Shown here: positions 59,059-64,000 of the stretch, in pieces
How the letters are laid out: each line of letters starts with the position of its first letter
Numbering within the stretch: the first letter of the stretch is position 1
Assembly (NCBI GenBank): GCA_047967505.1
Contig: CM106538.1
DNA from: Dipteris shenzhenensis
Lineage: Eukaryota
DNA: 64,000 nucleotides
Reading direction: 5' to 3' (one strand)
Translations under genes and position numbers: made by a program
The notes under the pieces: generated by a model
Seen by the model: only the letters and a program-made list of their open reading frames with translations
Database searches by the model: none
Told to the model about the DNA's origin: nothing

Positions 59059-60595
59059 TCCCCCCCCCCCTGCCCCCCTCATTTATTTCTCCTTACTTTT
59101 GTAAGCCACCTCCATCTCCAAGTTCCATCAAGCCTCCAAATTTTTTGTCCACCTCCACTTTCCATCCTCTACCACCACCAACACCACTTTTTATGTCAAG
59201 CTCCTCCCCTCCATCCTCCACCTTTTGTCACCACTACTTTTTCCACCCATCTCCTCCCCTCCCCCCTCCACTTTCCATCCACCATCCTCCACTTTTCACC
59301 ACCTAATCCATCCCGTCCACCACCAAGTTTTTTGTTAAGCTCCTCTCCTCCATCCCCCACCTTTCATCAACCTTCTCCATCACCTTTGCCACTTCTTCTA
59401 TTACCCTCCACTTGCACTTTCAGTTTGACAAACACTCCACCATTCCATCAAGCACTAAAGGTATACCCTCCCTCCTTCATCTTCCGTCACCCCCTTTCCT
59501 CCTTCCCCATTTTTTGTCACCCTGCCCCCCCCCCCCCCCCCTGCTTTTCCACTTTTTATGTCAAGCTCCTTCCCTCCATCCTCCACCTTTTGTCACCACT
59601 ACTTTTTCCACCCATCTCCTCCCCTCCCCCCTCCACTTTCCATCCACCATCCTCCACTTTTCACCACCTAATCCATCCCATCCACCACCAAGTTTTTTGT
59701 TAAGCTCCTCTCCTCCATCCCCCACCTTTCATCAACCTTCTCCATCACCTTCGCCACTTCTTCTATTACCCTCCACTTGCACTTTCAGTTTGACAAACAC
59801 TCCACCATTCCATCAAGCACTAAAGGTATACCCTCCCTCCTTCATCTTCCGTCACCCCCTTTCCTCCTTCCCCATTTTTTGTCACCCCCCCCCCCCCCCC
59901 CCCCCGAATTCCATCAAACCCCTTCACACCTCCATCTCCCTTTTTTCTGTCTATCCCATCCTCTTTCTCATCATCCTTATCTTCTCTTCCACACTCCCCT
60001 CTCTCTTTCACACCTCCCTTCCTTTCTCCACCCTGCCTCTTCCATTCTTACTCCCTTCCTCTCTCCACCATGCCTCATCCATTCTCACCTCTCTTCCTCT
60101 CTCCTTCATAGCTCCTTTCTTCTCCCACTGCCCCCCTTCCTCTCTCTACTACCCCCTTCCTCTCATGACCACCACCACCCCCTTTCCTCTCTCTACCACC
60201 CTCTTCTTTCTCTCCACCACCCCCTTTCCTCTCTCTCCAATACCCCCATCCTCTTCCACCATCATTGCCTTGCCCTTCCTCTCTCTACCACCCCCTTCCT
60301 CTCACCACCACCCCTCTTCCAATTCCCCCTCCCCCTCTATTTCCCCCCCACCAACCAATGTCTCCTCCCCCCTCATTGCTCTCTAAATCCCACCCTTTCC
60401 TCTTCCTCCTTCTCACTCCCCATATTCTCTCTCTAAACTCCCCCCCTCTCTCTTCCCCCCTCAACCCCCACACACTCTCTCTAATATCTACCCTCACCAC
60501 TCACGCACACTCTCTCCCCCCCTCACGCGCTACCCTCTCTCTATTTCCCCTCCATCTCTCTAAATTCATCCCCCCCTCTCTGAATATCCCCCCTT
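59059..60595. repeat. C/T-rich low-complexity tract with 365 bp tandem duplication
   Basis: atgtcaagctcc...ttttgtcacc at ~59193 and ~59558; strong strand-biased pyrimidine content. Confidence 0.88.
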
Positions 60596-60884
60596 GGGCG
60601 TGCAACCCCTTGGTAGCCATGCCACCTCGAGCATGCTACACTGTTCCATGACAGACACCACCTTGTCATGCCACCCTCAGTAGTAGCTACACTACTCCAT
60701 CGGCAACAACAAGTGTTTCCCTCAATAGTCATGCTACCTTAAGTGGATAACATTGTCAGCCGGTGCTACATTGGGTGTGTCATCCTCAATGACTGTGCCA
60801 TGCTACTTGAATGGTCATGTCGACCGCCCACTATGCCACCTCAGCATAACTACACTACATACACCTCCACACCACTCCATGACG

Positions 60885-61720
60885 TGAAGGCACATGGCAC
60901 GCATGAATGGAATGGAAAGGAAATGGAAAGAAGATACAAGTGCACAACAATGATAACCAAAGTACTCACATGATAGAAATAGCTTGATGTTGATTGATAT
61001 GACAAGACTAGACAAGTACAATGCCTTTATATAATAGGCACACACATCTAGGTGTCATATGTATATGGGATAAGTCCCATAGTGACATGTGGCACACTAG
61101 GATATAAAGTAGTCTAGTACTAATCTAGAACTCACTAAGACACACTAGAAACACTCACTTTGACTTCATGTTATAACATCCCCCCATGAAGGCAAGGTGA
61201 GAGACTACTGGAATGAAACCAAGAACAAAACATGAAAATGATGGACTACTAACCTCCAAGTCAAAACTAGACATGGATCCCATGCAATCTCAGAGGCAAG
61301 TAAGCATGGCTCAGAGGCTAGTGAGCATGGTACAAATGACTCAGAGGCTCAGGCTCAAAGGCTCATCAAGCATGGATGCATGAACAACTTAGCGGTCTAG
61401 ACAACTGGAGCAAAATGACATCCTATCAAAGCCAATAAATGGCTCCCACAGTCCCCTTGTTGACTCAATAAGAGAATGGTAGGGAGTTAGAAACACAAAA
61501 CAAATAAAAAGATTACATCATTTTAGGAGGACAATCCAAGGCTGAGAACCTTTATTGACTCAAGCACACAAGACTCATTATTACAAGCATTTTTGGGGGA
61601 CTACCCAAGGCAGAGTACTCAAGCACATCAAGCTTATGAAAATATATCTCTCAATATGAGAGATGTCCTCCACATAGCTACTGCATACAAAGGTATGCAC
61701 ATCTTGCAACTTCATGTCAA
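60885..61720 (-). mobile_element. LTR plus 3' interior of a relative of TRIM-like element 1
   Basis: LTR 60885-61178 similar to 6889-7201, followed by ccccccatgaaggcaaggtgagagactactggaatg as at 7203. Confidence 0.8.
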
Positions 61721-62937
61721 TGAAGTACTCAATGTGAATGTCCTTGAAGAGTGTTAAGGAAGTCCATAGGAGCAGCTATTTAAGTGGAGCAATCACCGCA
61801 TGACTCTCAAAGTCTCAGTCAAGGAGTCACCAATGTCAGATAGAGAGCCTCAAATGTAGTCAATGTAGCAGAATGACCAAATAGAGGTACAATTCATAGA
61901 CTGAATTATGCAGACATTCCTAAATCCCCAAAATTTACATGTGAGCTTCAATTTGGACCAAGGAAGAAGAAATTGGTAAAAGACCAAAAAATTTCAGCTA
62001 AATGTGTCTCCAATGTGGTATACTTGTAACAATTGCAGCCTTCTGGAATTAAGTCACATATTGAGGTGTTAAAGAGGGATGGATCAAGATTTAGAAGATA
62101 GCTGCTTGAAGACGACACACATGGCCAAAAGTTTGTTTCTCTACTACAGTTGATCAAGAATCTTGATGCACAGATAGACAAGAGTTCTTGATGCGGACAA
62201 GAAGGATGCTCATAACATAATTAATGCTTGTAAACATAAATGTTCCAGAGATGACTAGGAATTAGGTGATGACAACGACCAGATTCACTCAACTAATAAA
62301 ATTCACTTATTTCCATCCATTGAGGCTTGCAATAGATAGCTGACCATACTCGACCATGATGGGAAATCCAATTTCTATTGCACCCATTGGCTTCCATCTC
62401 CAAATTGTATCGCGAAGTCCACTTGAAATGACTCTGCCGCGATGCCAAGCATTTCACCTTCAAACTAGATCCATGTAGATATGGGCAGTAGCGCAATTTG
62501 ATCAACAGGTCTTCAAAAAAATAAACAGTGTGTACAGCAATAGCCTTGTCAATTCTATTGTCAGCTATTAATCTGTATATGCGGTGCTTAAATCATGAAA
62601 GGTCTATGTCTCACAATGAACCAAGTGAGATCTGTATACAAGGCACTTAAATCATGAAAGGCTATGTACGTGATTTGAAGGCCATAACGAATACAATTGA
62701 CGAGGATGGAAAAGTTGTATCCCATCAAAAAACAACCACAAGTTTATGTGCACACAGTGTCATTTTCAGGAACAATAGCTTGCAACACTAGCGTAGTCTT
62801 GCATAGGTATTCTGGTAGCAAGCCATGAGAGGTACAGAGCATAAAAGAAAAATGGGTAGAGAAGGAACACACAGCTTGGAATCGGGTAGATTTAGCCAGC
62901 AAAGGAGCCCTCCATCATCAAAAGAAATCATCAACAT

Positions 62938-63940
62938 TGTTGTAGATCATCGAAGCTTGTGTGAAGCTACAACATGGCAGGGAATGACCAGCCCCTCCAA
63001 TGGGGAAGAGAGCAACTTCTCTTTCTGGCCACCCTCTACACACTTGCGATGGGAAATGCTCGCAGAACCTGCAAATCCTTGAAAAACACAACAAAACTCT
63101 TCGAAAATACGCACAAACTCTCAAAACTCACAAATGGAAGAGAATGAACAAGCGTGCTGGATACAATCTCCCCCCATAAGAGTGGTGCTCTCCTTCCACC
63201 TCCTATGTATTTATGTATATTTCTCAAAAAGCTTTCGAGCAAAAATCATACAAAAGCCTCTGTGCTTTCCTCCATGCACCCTTTTACAAAAAGCCCATCC
63301 ACCTTCTAGAATAGCTGGCTTTTTCTAAAAATAAAGCTTTTTCTAACTTTAGTTTATACACTTAGCCAAGCCACTAATATTCCAAAATTCAAATATGTAC
63401 ATAAGCTTTTGTAATATAAAAAATTAGGCATAAGACTTATTCATCCCCGCATCACTGGAGTTGCACCTACGCGTCCAAAATATGGCGGATCATGCTTGCC
63501 AGATGCCATTGCCCAATCAATTACTCTTTCCTTGGATTCACACGATGAATAGTAATGAAATATTTCAAGCATAAGATAACCTTGGAATTAATCACCACAA
63601 TCAATCAACCTTTTAGTATTATAGCAACGTAAAATCAATAGATCATAGATGAATGGTGCACACATGTGACACATACCATCTCATGGTGCACTTGATGCTA
63701 CACATGAATAAAATCGTACGGATGTTGCACACATGCTACACATATTGTCATCGCGTAAGTGGTGCACACAATGCTACACACTCATACAGCCATAGCCGTA
63801 TATCCAGCCATGTAGGAGCACACATGCATCACTACGGAATAGTGAGCAGACATGCATCAGCCGCACGACAAAAATGCTGGATCTCACTAAAATAAATATT
63901 GAAGGATTAAATTAATGGGATAATTCCAATTCTCATAACA
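62938..63940 (-). repeat. putative 3' LTR of an element extending past the window end
   Basis: tgttg...taaca termini followed by tccctctt (PPT on the minus strand). Confidence 0.4.
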
Positions 63941-64000
63941 TCCCTCTTGCTTGAAATTGCAATCGCCCTCAATTGCGTGACAAAAAAGTAGTCAATAAAT

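Noticed and set aside
58578-60651. Pro/Ser-rich extensin-like ORFs (e.g. 59412-60386)
   Set aside because: Low-complexity C/T DNA is open in several frames; no signal peptide or regular SPPPP/YxY periodicity.
61948-62930. Cys/Trp-containing minus-strand ORF fragments (env-like?)
   Set aside because: Fragmented; no motif could be identified without a profile search.

Overview
This is a TE-saturated land-plant nuclear window; the PPR motif style and TE types suggest a fern or other non-seed plant (inference). It holds one recognisable host gene, a PLS-class PPR RNA-editing factor (22240-24552). Its E/E+ region is intact, but its DYW deaminase domain survives only as a broken relic, and its probable targeting peptide is cut by an in-frame stop. 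The rest is nested Ty1/copia elements (one structurally complete with LTRs, PBS, PPT and TSD), short non-autonomous LTR elements, LINE and Ty3/gypsy relics, and a hAT transposon with TIRs and a TSD. The most unusual structure is a ~6 kb tandem array (33.3-39.4 kb) of eight ~400-430 bp nested palindromes separated by self-complementary microsatellite spacers. The array shows a flipped central loop, arm-to-arm covariation and a higher-order period. Four divergent non-autonomous LTR elements also share a conserved ~40 nt internal motif. All coordinates were read by eye and may be off by a few bases.
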